Part shown: positions 17,701-27,600 of the stretch, piece by piece
How the letters are laid out: each line of letters opens with the position of its first letter
Position numbering within the stretch: the first letter of the stretch is position 1
From: Bacteroidales bacterium
GTDB taxonomy: Bacteria; Bacteroidota; Bacteroidia; Bacteroidales; GCA-2748055
Direction: 5' to 3'
Assembly: GCA_029931975.1 (NCBI GenBank)
Contig: JAOZQY010000003.1
Coordinates: 67,420-131,419 of the forward strand
Length of the DNA: 64,000 bases
Notes under the pieces: model-generated
Seen by the model: the letters and a program-made list of their open reading frames with translations, nothing else
Database searches by the model: none
What the model was told of the DNA's origin: nothing
Program-made: the position numbers and the translations under genes

Positions 17701-20571
17701 ATGAAATCTGATCCATTTAGTCAGCGCCACCTGGGACCCCGGCAGACAGAAATTGAACTTATGTTGGAATTCATTGGAGTTAATTCTCTGGAAGAACTTA
17801 TTAGCCTTTCCGTCCCCGCCTCCATACTGAAAAATCAGTCCATGAAACTGCCGGAAGCACTTGATGAACAGAGCTACCTGGAAAGAATGAGGAAAATTGC
17901 AGGCAAGAACCTGATGTTCAGAACCTATATGGGCCTTGGATATTATAATACTATTCTTCCTCCGGTTATCCAGCGCAATATCCTGGAAAATCCAAACTGG
18001 TATACATCTTATACTCCCTACCAGGCAGAAATTTCCCAGGGCAGGCTTGAAGCATTGCTGAATTTTCAGACCATGGTAATGGAACTGACCGGTATGGAAA
18101 TGGCCAATGCATCCTTACTGGATGAAGCCACTGCTGCAGCCGAAGCCATGATCATGTTTTTCAATGCCCGATCCAGGGCCGCAACAAAGGAAGGCAGGAA
18201 TAAATTCTTTGTGGATGAAAATATTTTCCCCCAGACAAGAGCTGTTTTAGTGACCAGGGCTGAACCACTGGGTATTGAGTTGGAATTTGGCTCGTACCAG
18301 GAAAACAAGCTGGAAGGCTCCTACTTCGGAGCCCTGATTCAGTATCCTGCTGCTGATGGAGAAATCAGGGACTATGCCAGTTTTACACAGCTGGCTCATG
18401 AAATGGAAGTGGCTGTGGCTGTGGCCGCTGATATTATGAGCCTGGTGCTACTGACTCCTCCAGGCGAATGGGAAGCTGATGTGGTGTTGGGTTCCACACA
18501 GCGTTTCGGAATCCCCATGTTTTATGGTGGTCCACATGCAGCCTATTTTGCGTGCAAAGAAGATTTTAAAAGATATATGCCAGGCCGTATTATCGGAATA
18601 TCAATTGATGTGAATGAAAAGCCGGCGCTACGCATGGCTCTTCAGACCAGGGAACAGCATATCAAGCGGGAACGTGCCACATCCAACATCTGTACGGCCC
18701 AGGCCCTGCTGGCCAGCATGGCAGGCATGTATGTAGCCTACCACGGTCCTGAGGGATTAAAAAGAATTGCCTCCAACATTCATACCGGAGCCGCCTACCT
18801 GGCATCTCAATTAAATGAACTGGGTTATAAGCTGACACACGAGAATTTCTTTGATACCATCAGGGTAGAACTCCCATCGGGCCTGAAGGTGGATGAGTTC
18901 AGGAAGCTTGCCGAAGAGAAGAAGATCAACTTTTACTATCCCGACGACACCTCCGTTCAATTATCAACAGATGAAACCACATTGGAAGAGAGGCTCAATG
19001 AGATCCTGGAGGTCTTTTCCTTGGCGGTAAAAAAAGGAATCCATTTCCAGGAAAACCTTGACCCATGCATTGTCTTTAAACAGGAATGCGCCAGGATATC
19101 CCCCATTCTACCCCAGGATACTTTTCATCGGTATCGCTCCGAAACAGACATGATGCGTTATATCAAAATGCTGGAACGGAAAGATATTTCTCTGACCCAT
19201 TCCATGATCTCCCTGGGATCGTGCACCATGAAACTAAATGCGGCATCCCAGCTGATGCCGGTAAGCTGGCCCGAATTTGCATCTCTGCATCCTTTTATTC
19301 CAATTGACCAGACGGAAGGATTTCATCAACTGATTAATGAATTAGAGCAGGCATTGAAAGAGATCACCGGTTTTGAAACCGTCTCATTTCAACCCAATTC
19401 GGGGGCTGCAGGAGAGTATACAGGACTGATGGTGATCCAGGCCTATCATAAGGACAGGGGCGATACCCGGCGAAATGTGGTCCTGATCCCAGCATCCGCT
19501 CATGGAACCAATCCTGCCAGTGCAGTGATGGCCGGTCTGGAAGTGAAAGTGGTGAAATGCGATAAGCACGGAAACATCGACGCAGGGCACTTAAAAGAGT
19601 TGGCTGAAGAACACAAAGAGGTGCTTTCAGGCATTATGATCACCTACCCCTCCACCCACGGAGTCTTTGAGGATAACATCCGGGAAATTATAGGAATTGT
19701 GCATGATTGCGGTGGACAGGTCTATATGGACGGAGCCAATATGAATGCCCAAGTCGGTCTCACCAATCCGGCTTTTATCGGGGCAGATGTCTGCCACCTG
19801 AACCTGCACAAAACCTTTGCCATCCCTCATGGTGGTGGCGGACCCGGCGTTGGCCCCATTGGTGTGGCAGATCACCTGGTGGAATACCTTCCAACCCATC
19901 CGCTGGTAGAAACCGGAGGGATGAAAGGTATCAGCAGCGTAGCTGCTTCACCCTATGGAAGCGCAGGGGTGCTGGCTATCTCCCATGCATATATCAGGAT
20001 GCTTGGTACAGAAGGACTCACCCAATCGACTCGAATAGCCATCCTTAATGCCAACTATGTGGCAGCTTCCCTGAAAGATTACTATGACATTCTCTATACG
20101 GGCACAGAGGGAAAGGTGGCCCACGAGATGATCTTGGATTGCAGAAAATTCAAGACCCTGGCCAACATCACCGAAGCCGATATTGCAAAACGACTGATGG
20201 ACTATGGATTCCACGCTCCCACCCTCTCCTTTCCGGTACATGGAACCCTGATGATGGAACCCACTGAGAGTGAATCCAAAGCTGAATTGGACCGCTTTAT
20301 CCAGGCCATGATTGATATCCATAAGGACATCATGGAGATCGCTGACGGAAAGCTGAAAACCGAGGAAAGCGTTTTGAGACATGCACCCCACACAGCAGAG
20401 ATGCTGCTTGCTGAAAACTGGGACCGAAGCTACTCCAGAGAGAAGGCTGCTTTCCCCCTGTCCTGGGTAAAGGAGAATAAGTTCTGGCCTGCGGTAAGCC
20501 GCATCAACGATGGTTACGGCGACCGCAACCTGGTATGTTCCTGTGCCCCCATCGAAGCATACCGGGAGTAA
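17701..20571 (+). CDS. gcvP: Glycine dehydrogenase (decarboxylating), glycine cleavage P protein
   Basis: YTPYQAEISQGRLE, TSNICTAQAL, LGSCTMKLN and HLNLHKTFAIPHGGGGPG (PLP lysine). Confidence 0.98.
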   Translation: MKSDPFSQRHLGPRQTEIELMLEFIGVNSLEELISLSVPASILKNQSMKLPEALDEQSYLERMRKIAGKNLMFRTYMGLGYYNTILPPVIQRNILENPNWYTSYTPYQAEISQGRLEALLNFQTMVMELTGMEMANASLLDEATAAAEAMIMFFNARSRAATKEGRNKFFVDENIFPQTRAVLVTRAEPLGIELEFGSYQENKLEGSYFGALIQYPAADGEIRDYASFTQLAHEMEVAVAVAADIMSLVLLTPPGEWEADVVLGSTQRFGIPMFYGGPHAAYFACKEDFKRYMPGRIIGISIDVNEKPALRMALQTREQHIKRERATSNICTAQALLASMAGMYVAYHGPEGLKRIASNIHTGAAYLASQLNELGYKLTHENFFDTIRVELPSGLKVDEFRKLAEEKKINFYYPDDTSVQLSTDETTLEERLNEILEVFSLAVKKGIHFQENLDPCIVFKQECARISPILPQDTFHRYRSETDMMRYIKMLERKDISLTHSMISLGSCTMKLNAASQLMPVSWPEFASLHPFIPIDQTEGFHQLINELEQALKEITGFETVSFQPNSGAAGEYTGLMVIQAYHKDRGDTRRNVVLIPASAHGTNPASAVMAGLEVKVVKCDKHGNIDAGHLKELAEEHKEVLSGIMITYPSTHGVFEDNIREIIGIVHDCGGQVYMDGANMNAQVGLTNPAFIGADVCHLNLHKTFAIPHGGGGPGVGPIGVADHLVEYLPTHPLVETGGMKGISSVAASPYGSAGVLAISHAYIRMLGTEGLTQSTRIAILNANYVAASLKDYYDILYTGTEGKVAHEMILDCRKFKTLANITEADIAKRLMDYGFHAPTLSFPVHGTLMMEPTESESKAELDRFIQAMIDIHKDIMEIADGKLKTEESVLRHAPHTAEMLLAENWDRSYSREKAAFPLSWVKENKFWPAVSRINDGYGDRNLVCSCAPIEAYRE

Positions 20572-20592
20572 GCTTACCCCAGGCCAGCTATG

Positions 20593-20952
20593 CTAAGCCT
20601 CAGCCGGCTCCTCCACATTTCTGGGAGAGAGGAAGAGGAAGTTGTCGCAGATAACCTCCGTACTGTAGTGCTTGTTACCCTCTTTGTCGTCCCATGAATT
20701 GGTGGAGATCTTCCCCTCCACATAGAGAGCATCTCCTTTTTTAACATACTGCTTTACAATATCTGCAGCTTTGTTCCACACCACAATCCGGTGCCATTCG
20801 GTGCGGCGAACCTCTTCGCCTTCCTTATCGCGCCAGACTTCATTGGTGGCCAATGGAAAGTTCGCCACAAAAGCCTCCCCTTCCCGTTCCGATACCCTGG
20901 GTACCTCGCCCACATTTCCAACGAGGGTGACCCGATTTACTCCGTATTTCAT
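20593..20952 (-). CDS. ssb: Single-stranded DNA-binding protein
   Basis: VNRVTLVGNVG, TEWHRIVVW and KKGDALYVEGK. Confidence 0.93.
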   Translation of the reverse strand: MKYGVNRVTLVGNVGEVPRVSEREGEAFVANFPLATNEVWRDKEGEEVRRTEWHRIVVWNKAADIVKQYVKKGDALYVEGKISTNSWDDKEGNKHYSTEVICDNFLFLSPRNVEEPAEA

Positions 20953-21177
20953 AATACTTCAGATTTGATTACATGGGTTAATGTGATAAGAGGGGTGAAT
21001 ATCGTGGCCACCTTTTAGAGTATATATGCAATGCGGATACCCTGAAAAATCAAAGAAAAAATGTCTTAAATGGTATATATTTGTCTTTCAGAAGAATAAT
21101 TAAGCATTAATCCAATAAAACAAATTATCTTTACAGTTGTTATTACATTATATTAAGTATCATTTTAATTAAAAGTT

Positions 21178-21369
21178 ATGAGTAACGGAACAGTAAAATT
21201 CTTCAACAATGTAAAAGGTTTTGGTTTTATCAACCCTGAAGAAGGAGGTAAAGACGTTTTTGTACATCAAAGCGGATTAATCGACGAAATCACTGAAGGT
21301 GACAAGGTTAGCTATGATGTAGAAGAAGGCCCAAAAGGACTTAGCGCTACAAATGTCAAATTAGTATAA
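21178..21369 (+). CDS. Cold-shock protein
   Basis: GTVKFFN, KGFGFI (RNP1) and DVFVH (RNP2). Confidence 0.95.
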   Translation: MSNGTVKFFNNVKGFGFINPEEGGKDVFVHQSGLIDEITEGDKVSYDVEEGPKGLSATNVKLV

Positions 21370-21397
21370 TATATACTTTGACCCTACGGCATTTTAC

Positions 21398-21425
21398 AGC
21401 CTGTCAGTTTTGACAGGCTTTTTTT
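21398..21425 (+). terminator. Intrinsic terminator after the cold-shock gene
   Basis: AGCCTGTCA-GTTT-TGACAGGCT followed by a T run. Confidence 0.85.
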
Positions 21426-21495
21426 ATGCCCAAAAAGTCCTGTGGAACCTTTTTTCCTGCTATTTTTATACTGAATTTTAAACCTAAAAACGACT

Positions 21496-21693
21496 ATGGC
21501 ATATAGCGAAAGTGCTGGAAGGCTTAGAAAAATGATTGAAAAAGCCATTGATGATCAAAAAATTACACGTGACGAGATGGATTCCATTTTGAATATTGTC
21601 ACAGAAGATGGTCATGTTGATCCACAGGAACAAGCCCTGCTTAATCAGCTTCAGGAGATGATAGAAAACAGGACCGTGAAATATATTTTGTAG
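21496..21693 (+). CDS. Small hypothetical protein (65 aa)
   Basis: AT-rich leader. Acidic helical protein with two similar loops (DDQKITRDE, EDGHVDPQE). Confidence 0.7.
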   Translation: MAYSESAGRLRKMIEKAIDDQKITRDEMDSILNIVTEDGHVDPQEQALLNQLQEMIENRTVKYIL

Positions 21694-21715
21694 TTTTTTT
21701 CAGATAAGCCCTTGC

Positions 21716-23185
21716 TTACTTGCTCTCATGAGCCGGTTTCAGCGTCCAAAGCTGCATACGCGTCATCTCAGCCAGCTGCGACATATCCAGATCTTTTCGG
21801 TGTACGATCCACGTCTTGTAGCTCTCCACTTCTGAGAGTATGGTCTCTTCATGCTCCTTTGGATAGGGATCAAAGGGGATCAGCTCATAGGTATCCTGCT
21901 GCTCCTGCCGGGCCAAGTCTATGTAAACACAGCTGAACAGGTGGATCAGGGATCCTGTACCGACACCCCCCTCCCCAACAAAAAGCTTTGAAGGAAGGTG
22001 ACCCTGGTTGAGTATGACATCCCGTGAGCTTGCTGCCAGTTCAAAGACTTCTTCCATGGAAACCATTGAAATTACTGGTGTTTCAGGTGGCATACCCATG
22101 GGTCCGAGTGGACTTTCGCGATTAATTTTCCCGGGCATTTTCCCATTCTGATCATACTTCTGAAGCGATTGTGCCAGTGCTGAAAATACCTCTGCAGGGG
22201 AATAAACATCATCATATACCACCTTTCCGGTCAATCTTATGTTCTCAGCAATTCTCAAGAGATCCTTCCTGTTAATAAAGTCAGGTTGATAGGAAAATCG
22301 CTCCATAAGATCACTTATAGTGACAACCTCAATGCTCTTCTGGTCCTTAAGAAACTGCATGAGCCTTTTAAAATTTTTTCTGGCAGTCAACATGCTTTCA
22401 GCTGGCCGAAGTACAGGAGGCATGAGGCTGTCCCTTTCCGGATTGGCTCCTTCGTAGAAATTGAAATCCCAGAACTGCTCCGCTCTGATCTTGGTGGGAT
22501 GACAAGCAAAGAATGAAATCATATCCACCCCCTCAATATCCCATAAGAAGTTCTTCTTCAGGCTGTCAAATACAGGATTAAACAGCTCATCCCGGTAATA
22601 TACATCATCAAATGCACCGTAATCGCCATGGAAATTCAGGGCGTTGCAGAACCAGACCGCGTGTTTTCCAGGTAATTGGACCGGCGAATAAACATAGCCC
22701 TTTCCCATCTGGCCCAGGGCATATACCAGCTGCGGACCGTATGATCCTCCGTGTCGGGCCAGGGTGCTTACCGGAACCCCAAATATTCTTTCAAGCTCCT
22801 CAAATCCCAGTGTCTCATTTTTGAGCATCGCCTGTACCCCCTGGTCCCAATCTGCATACTCCAGGATCTCAGTGACTGTTGGGTGGATGGAGCCCAAATT
22901 GGTATGGCTTCCAATATCGTGAGCGGCCATAGCCTCTATCACATCCTGCCGTCCCCGTTCTTCCAGCGAGCGCGCTTTCTCCCCGATCACAAAAAATGTT
23001 CCTGTGACCCCCACCTCTGTCATGATCTCAGCCAGCCAAAGAGGAATATCATCCACACTATCGGCTACAGGAGAGATATAATCTTCCACGTCAAAAACCA
23101 CTGTTACATATGTAAGTTCCGGAGTTGTACAGCTTTGCATCAGAGCAAAGAACAGACAGGCTAGCCATAGATAATTTTTTCTCAT
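21716..23185 (-). CDS. Polysaccharide deacetylase (NodB-like) lipoprotein
   Basis: Likely start MRKNYLW at 23185; lipobox MQSC; VFDVED, GTFFVIG and HDIGSHT motifs. Confidence 0.75.
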   Translation of the reverse strand: MRKNYLWLACLFFALMQSCTTPELTYVTVVFDVEDYISPVADSVDDIPLWLAEIMTEVGVTGTFFVIGEKARSLEERGRQDVIEAMAAHDIGSHTNLGSIHPTVTEILEYADWDQGVQAMLKNETLGFEELERIFGVPVSTLARHGGSYGPQLVYALGQMGKGYVYSPVQLPGKHAVWFCNALNFHGDYGAFDDVYYRDELFNPVFDSLKKNFLWDIEGVDMISFFACHPTKIRAEQFWDFNFYEGANPERDSLMPPVLRPAESMLTARKNFKRLMQFLKDQKSIEVVTISDLMERFSYQPDFINRKDLLRIAENIRLTGKVVYDDVYSPAEVFSALAQSLQKYDQNGKMPGKINRESPLGPMGMPPETPVISMVSMEEVFELAASSRDVILNQGHLPSKLFVGEGGVGTGSLIHLFSCVYIDLARQEQQDTYELIPFDPYPKEHEETILSEVESYKTWIVHRKDLDMSQLAEMTRMQLWTLKPAHESK

Positions 23186-23396
23186 GACCCTTTTACTTGT
23201 AAGTAAATAAATTTGAATCAGAAAAGTCTCCTTACCATTGGGTAAATCCGGACATACCACCTGCAACATATGGATGCTACTGAATCTGTAAAAACTCTCA
23301 GGATCTACATGATCTGCGAAACAACAGGCTTGCAAGCAGCCCAAGCAGAGCAAAAAAAAGCAAGCAACAGGTTCAAAATAAACAGGGGGCAATTCC

Positions 23397-23813
23397 CTAA
23401 AAAATCCTGAAACCGATCAGCAAAGCGCCGATCAGGGTACGAATCCAGAGTGCAATTGTTCCTGCACCTGTAGCAGTAGTCTCCGTAAAGCCAGGTACCT
23501 CCCGGGCAAACAGGGGAAAAACGTCTGTGATTTTATAACCGGCACAGGGAATAATCTTTTGATACCCTGGATCACTTCGTATATGGGAACACCTGAACTT
23601 TGCGGAGATCTTTCTGGAATAAACAGCCATACCATCCACCCCACTCCCTGGTGCTACGGATCATTGCCACAACCCCGTAAACAGAAAACCATTTAGTAAA
23701 GTAGAACGACATACCCGAGCCAGTACAAATGGAAGAAGAAACGCAGATTCGCCGGCAATAATCAGTGTTACAAGTATAATGGCCCTCCTCTTTTTCCCAA
23801 TGCCCTTGTACAT
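23397..23813 (-). pseudogene. Remnant of an MFS-type transporter gene
   Basis: Fragments LIIAGESAFLLPFVLARV, AMIRSTREWGG (shifted frame) and AGYKITDVFPLFAREV..GAGTIALWIR are collinear pieces of an MFS-like protein. They are compressed into ~420 bp with a frameshift and a stop. Confidence 0.6.
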
Positions 23814-23894
23814 ATCCAAAGATATGATTATTTAATTACCTTAAGGGCCCCTGTCTGATACCGATTAATGAATTTGATTTTGAAAATATTATCT

Positions 23895-25469
23895 ATGAAA
23901 ACCATAAAGTTGAAAGCACTTCTCGCCCTAGGTTTAGTATTTGTCCTGTATATACCGGCAGCGGGACAACTATCCTCAAGAGAAATAGACAAACTGGTGG
24001 AAGACGCCATGGAAAAATTTACAGTGGCCGGAGTGGCCGTGGGTGTTGTAAAAGATGGTGAAATTATTCATACAAAAGGATATGGTCTGAAATCTGTTGA
24101 TACCGGGGAGAAGGTAAATGAACACACCTCCTTTGCCATCGCTTCAAATAGCAAGGCTTTTACTTCAACTGCGCTGGCCATCCTGGTGGAAGAGGGAAAA
24201 CTTTCCTGGCAGGACCGGGTCATTGATCATATCCCAGAGTTCAAAATGTATAATGATTATGTAACCCGGAATTTCAATATCCAGGATCTGCTGACCCACC
24301 GCAGCGGGCTCGGCCTGGGCGCCGGCGATCTGCAAAAATGGCCTTCAGGATCGGACTTTACCATTGTCGACATGCTAAGCAACTTTCAGCATTTCGAGCC
24401 AGTTTCGGCTTTCCGCACCAAGTACGATTATGACAATATACTGTACCTGGTGGCAGGGGAAGTAATTAAGCGCGTAAGTGGCATGCCCTGGGAGGTGTTT
24501 ATAAAAACCAGGATTTTGGATCCGCTGGGCATGGATAACTCCTTTGCCCTTCCCCCGGGCATGGTCGACTCGGACAACCTGGCTTCACCCCACCTGGCCG
24601 AAAATGGAGTATTAAAAACCATCCCCTATTACGAACTGGACCCGAAAAAGACAAATGGGGCCGCAGGGGGTGTCCTGGCAAATGTGGATGACCTCTGTCT
24701 CTGGATGCTGGTCCATCTAAACGAAGGTAAATATGGAGAACATCTGGAAAAACAACTTTTCTCCGGGGCCAGTCAGCGCGAAATGTGGCAGATCCATACC
24801 ACCATTCCTGTACGGCCCAATGAAAGATATAATCCTCATTTTTCGGGCTATGGCCTGGGATGGCGACTTAGCGATATGAACGGGAAAATGACTGTCTCCC
24901 ACACCGGTGATCTCTCCGGGATGCTCTCTAAAACCATTATGATCCCCGAACTGGGACTTGGTGTGGTGGTACTGACCAACTCTTACTATGGAGGAGTGGG
25001 AGTCTTTAACGCCGTTTCACAAAGCATTGTGGACAGTTACCTGGGACTGGATGATTACGGGTGGACCGACCGTTTCCTGGAGTCATACCTGGCCAGTGCA
25101 ACAGGCGTAAAGGCCGAAGTGGAGCGCGTTTGGAACACAGTTGAAGCTGCCAGTGATGAGCATATCAACCCAAAGAACTATATGGGGATCTATGAGGACA
25201 AGTGGTTTGGGAAAATTAAAATCTACCTGAAGGAAGATCAACTCTGGTTCACTTCCCTGCGATCTCCTGCACTGACAGGCCCCATGAGATACTACAAAGC
25301 CAACACATTTGCCATTAAGTGGGAAAAGAGAGAGCTGGATGCTGATGCCTTCGCCATCTTCTGCCTGGATGAAGAGGGAATAGCTCAAATTATTACCATG
25401 AAGGGCATCGCTCCCGATATTGATTTCAGTTATGACTTCCAGGACCTCTACCTGGAAAGGGTGAAATAA
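23895..25469 (+). CDS. Serine hydrolase, beta-lactamase/AmpC family with DUF3471-like C-terminus
   Basis: Signal peptide; ASNSK (SxxK), LLTHRSG, YDN (YxN) and HTG. Confidence 0.92.
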   Translation: MKTIKLKALLALGLVFVLYIPAAGQLSSREIDKLVEDAMEKFTVAGVAVGVVKDGEIIHTKGYGLKSVDTGEKVNEHTSFAIASNSKAFTSTALAILVEEGKLSWQDRVIDHIPEFKMYNDYVTRNFNIQDLLTHRSGLGLGAGDLQKWPSGSDFTIVDMLSNFQHFEPVSAFRTKYDYDNILYLVAGEVIKRVSGMPWEVFIKTRILDPLGMDNSFALPPGMVDSDNLASPHLAENGVLKTIPYYELDPKKTNGAAGGVLANVDDLCLWMLVHLNEGKYGEHLEKQLFSGASQREMWQIHTTIPVRPNERYNPHFSGYGLGWRLSDMNGKMTVSHTGDLSGMLSKTIMIPELGLGVVVLTNSYYGGVGVFNAVSQSIVDSYLGLDDYGWTDRFLESYLASATGVKAEVERVWNTVEAASDEHINPKNYMGIYEDKWFGKIKIYLKEDQLWFTSLRSPALTGPMRYYKANTFAIKWEKRELDADAFAIFCLDEEGIAQIITMKGIAPDIDFSYDFQDLYLERVK

Positions 25470-25485
25470 GAGTCAATCTGACTGT

Positions 25486-26181
25486 CTAACCCTTGTTTGA
25501 TATTTCATGCAGGCGGCTGGTATCCAGCAATTCGATCTGCCGCCCTTCAAGATTGATGATTTGGTCCCTTTCAAACTCCTTCAGCACCCGAATGGCGCTA
25601 TCCTTTGACATACAGGCGTATTCTGCAATATCCATTCTCGATATCTCTTTACCAATGGTGGGACACTCATATATTTCACTGCTCAGGTAGATCAAGGCAT
25701 CAGCCACCCTTCCGTGCATCTGCTTCTGGCTTATATTAACCATTCGATCGAGTGTGGCAAGATATTTTCCCGAACAATGCAATAAGTATTGCCCAGAAAA
25801 ATCACTGTTGGCAGCAAGTACCTTTTTGAATTTGCCCTGATCAATAAAACAAATCAGGGTTTCCTGAACAGCTACCACACTATACTTATGTTTGCCTTCA
25901 ACCTGAGCGCCCGGACCACCCATAAGCTTCCAGGGTTTAATGAAATCCAGTACCAGGTTCCTGTTATGTGGACCCTCAATATACATTTTGGCAAATCCTT
26001 CAATTACAGAAACCAGATAATCTGCACGGGTACCCTGCTTCAGAATGACTTCACCCTCATTAAATTTAACTGAATGGCGGCCCTCATTGAGTAACTTTAA
26101 TTCCTCAATAGTAAGAGATGCAAACATCGGAGATCTCTTATTACAATCATCACACCGAACACAAAACTTATCCGTATTCAT
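25486..26181 (-). CDS. Crp/Fnr family regulator with Cys-rich N-terminus
   Basis: N-terminal CVRCDDC; cNMP-like domain; HTH ISRMDIAEYACMSKDSAIRVLK. Confidence 0.9.
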   Translation of the reverse strand: MNTDKFCVRCDDCNKRSPMFASLTIEELKLLNEGRHSVKFNEGEVILKQGTRADYLVSVIEGFAKMYIEGPHNRNLVLDFIKPWKLMGGPGAQVEGKHKYSVVAVQETLICFIDQGKFKKVLAANSDFSGQYLLHCSGKYLATLDRMVNISQKQMHGRVADALIYLSSEIYECPTIGKEISRMDIAEYACMSKDSAIRVLKEFERDQIINLEGRQIELLDTSRLHEISNKG

Positions 26182-26232
26182 CTTCCGCTAAATGGATTTT
26201 TTGATCCAGCGCAATATAAGGAATTTTCCCAA

Positions 26233-26246
26233 CTGATTCAGGTCAG
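26233..26246. promoter_or_regulatory. Putative Fnr/Dnr-type box
   Basis: CTGAT-TCAG-GTCAG versus the Fnr consensus TTGAT-N4-ATCAA, in the divergent promoter between the regulator and the cytochrome operon. Confidence 0.5.
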
Positions 26247-26284
26247 CTATTAAGCTGATCTATCCCCATAAAAAACTTATTCTA

Positions 26285-26364
26285 TTCCCAGTTGAATTCT
26301 TTTCTCTCATCCTCAGAAGCCCCTATCTTTATCAACTTCAAGCCCGGTGCAATTCAACTGGGAA
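26285..26364. repeat. Perfect 14-bp inverted repeat with a 52-bp spacer
   Basis: TTCCCAGTTGAATT (26285-26298) and AATTCAACTGGGAA (26351-26364). Confidence 0.85.
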
Positions 26365-26384
26365 AATTATAAACAATATTAGAT

Positions 26385-26744
26385 ATGAGAAGATTGTTGA
26401 TGATACTGACAGGATCCTTGATAGTGATTTTGTCAGGGTGTACAAAATATGAGATTCCGGCAGCGGAATGCCCGGAAGATCTTCCAACCAACGTAAGCTA
26501 CTCAGCAGATGTACAGCCCATATTTGATGCGAATTGTGTAATGTGCCATGCTGGTGGTCAGTCTCCCGATCTGAGTCCCGGGTGGTCCTATGACGAACTC
26601 ATTGATGGCGACTATGTGGACACTGATTTCCCCTGTTCCAGTCCCCTGTATGAAGTATTTTCAGGCACCCATGATGGACGTGCCAGTGATGAAGAATTAT
26701 TAACCATCCTTGGCTGGATTGACGAAGGAGCCAAGGACAATTGA
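26385..26744 (+). CDS. Monoheme cytochrome c lipoprotein
   Basis: Lipobox LSGC; VSYSADVQPIFDANCVMCH; ends WIDEGAKDN. Confidence 0.85.
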   Translation: MRRLLMILTGSLIVILSGCTKYEIPAAECPEDLPTNVSYSADVQPIFDANCVMCHAGGQSPDLSPGWSYDELIDGDYVDTDFPCSSPLYEVFSGTHDGRASDEELLTILGWIDEGAKDN

Positions 26745-26761
26745 TTTTAAAACCATTAGCT

Positions 26762-27595
26762 ATGAAACGATATACACATTTTACCACCCTTACCTGCATT
26801 CTTGCTTTTTTGTCTTCTGCCCTGTTAGTTGCCCAGGATGAAGCAGAACCAGTAATGCCGGCATTTGAGACCCTGACCCTGGTCGACAACCAGACCACCG
26901 CAAATCCATATAAGGGACAGATAGTTCTGGAGATTCAGCACCGTTTTTCTGAAATAGCCGAGATCTCAGATCTGTTCGGGATTTATGGAAGTGCCAATAC
27001 CAGGCTGGGTGTCTCCTATGGTATTACCGATAAAATTATGCTGGGTTTTGGAACCACCCGGAAAAATAAGCTCCAGGATCTGGAATGGAAATACAGCATC
27101 CTGACGCAGACCAGCAAGATGCCTGTTTCATTGAGCTACCATGGAAACACAGTTCTGGATGCACGCGACAGCAAATACTTCGGACCTGAAGAAGATTACC
27201 AGTTTGCCTACCGCATGTCTTTTCTCAACCAGCTTATCATATCCAGCAGGATCGGAGAAAAGATCAGTTTACAGGTAGCTCCAACCTTTGTTTGGTTCAA
27301 TGCGGTGCCGGAAGGAAACAACAATGCCAATGCCTCCCTTAATTTTGGAGGGCGTTTTCAGGTACTGGGATTCCATTCCATCATATTGGAATATGACCAG
27401 CCCCTAATTGATGCCGAGCAGGATGTATATCCTAACCTTGCCTTAGGCCTGGAGATCGGAACCAGTACTCATTCCTTCAGAGTTTTTGCTTCCAATTATG
27501 ACTACATAGTCAGAAATAAAAGCATTACCTTTAACAGCAACAATCCATGGGATGGTGATTTCCAATTTGGGTTTAACATAACCATCAGGTTCTAA
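26762..27595 (+). CDS. Outer-membrane beta-barrel protein (DUF5777-like)
   Basis: Signal peptide; IQHRF, DLFGI and GLEIGTSTHSF motifs; amphipathic strands ending FGFNITIRF. Confidence 0.75.
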   Translation: MKRYTHFTTLTCILAFLSSALLVAQDEAEPVMPAFETLTLVDNQTTANPYKGQIVLEIQHRFSEIAEISDLFGIYGSANTRLGVSYGITDKIMLGFGTTRKNKLQDLEWKYSILTQTSKMPVSLSYHGNTVLDARDSKYFGPEEDYQFAYRMSFLNQLIISSRIGEKISLQVAPTFVWFNAVPEGNNNANASLNFGGRFQVLGFHSIILEYDQPLIDAEQDVYPNLALGLEIGTSTHSFRVFASNYDYIVRNKSITFNSNNPWDGDFQFGFNITIRF

Positions 27596-27600
27596 GAATA

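Noticed and set aside
23640-23680. In-frame TGA in the 23397-23813 minus frame as possible selenocysteine
   Set aside because: The protein-like sequence (AMIRSTREWGG) continues in a different frame across this point, so the TGA is better explained by a frameshift in a pseudogene.
26742-26750. TGA ending the monoheme cytochrome as a possible Sec read-through or fusion with the barrel
   Set aside because: A TAA follows two codons later, and the barrel gene is in a different frame.
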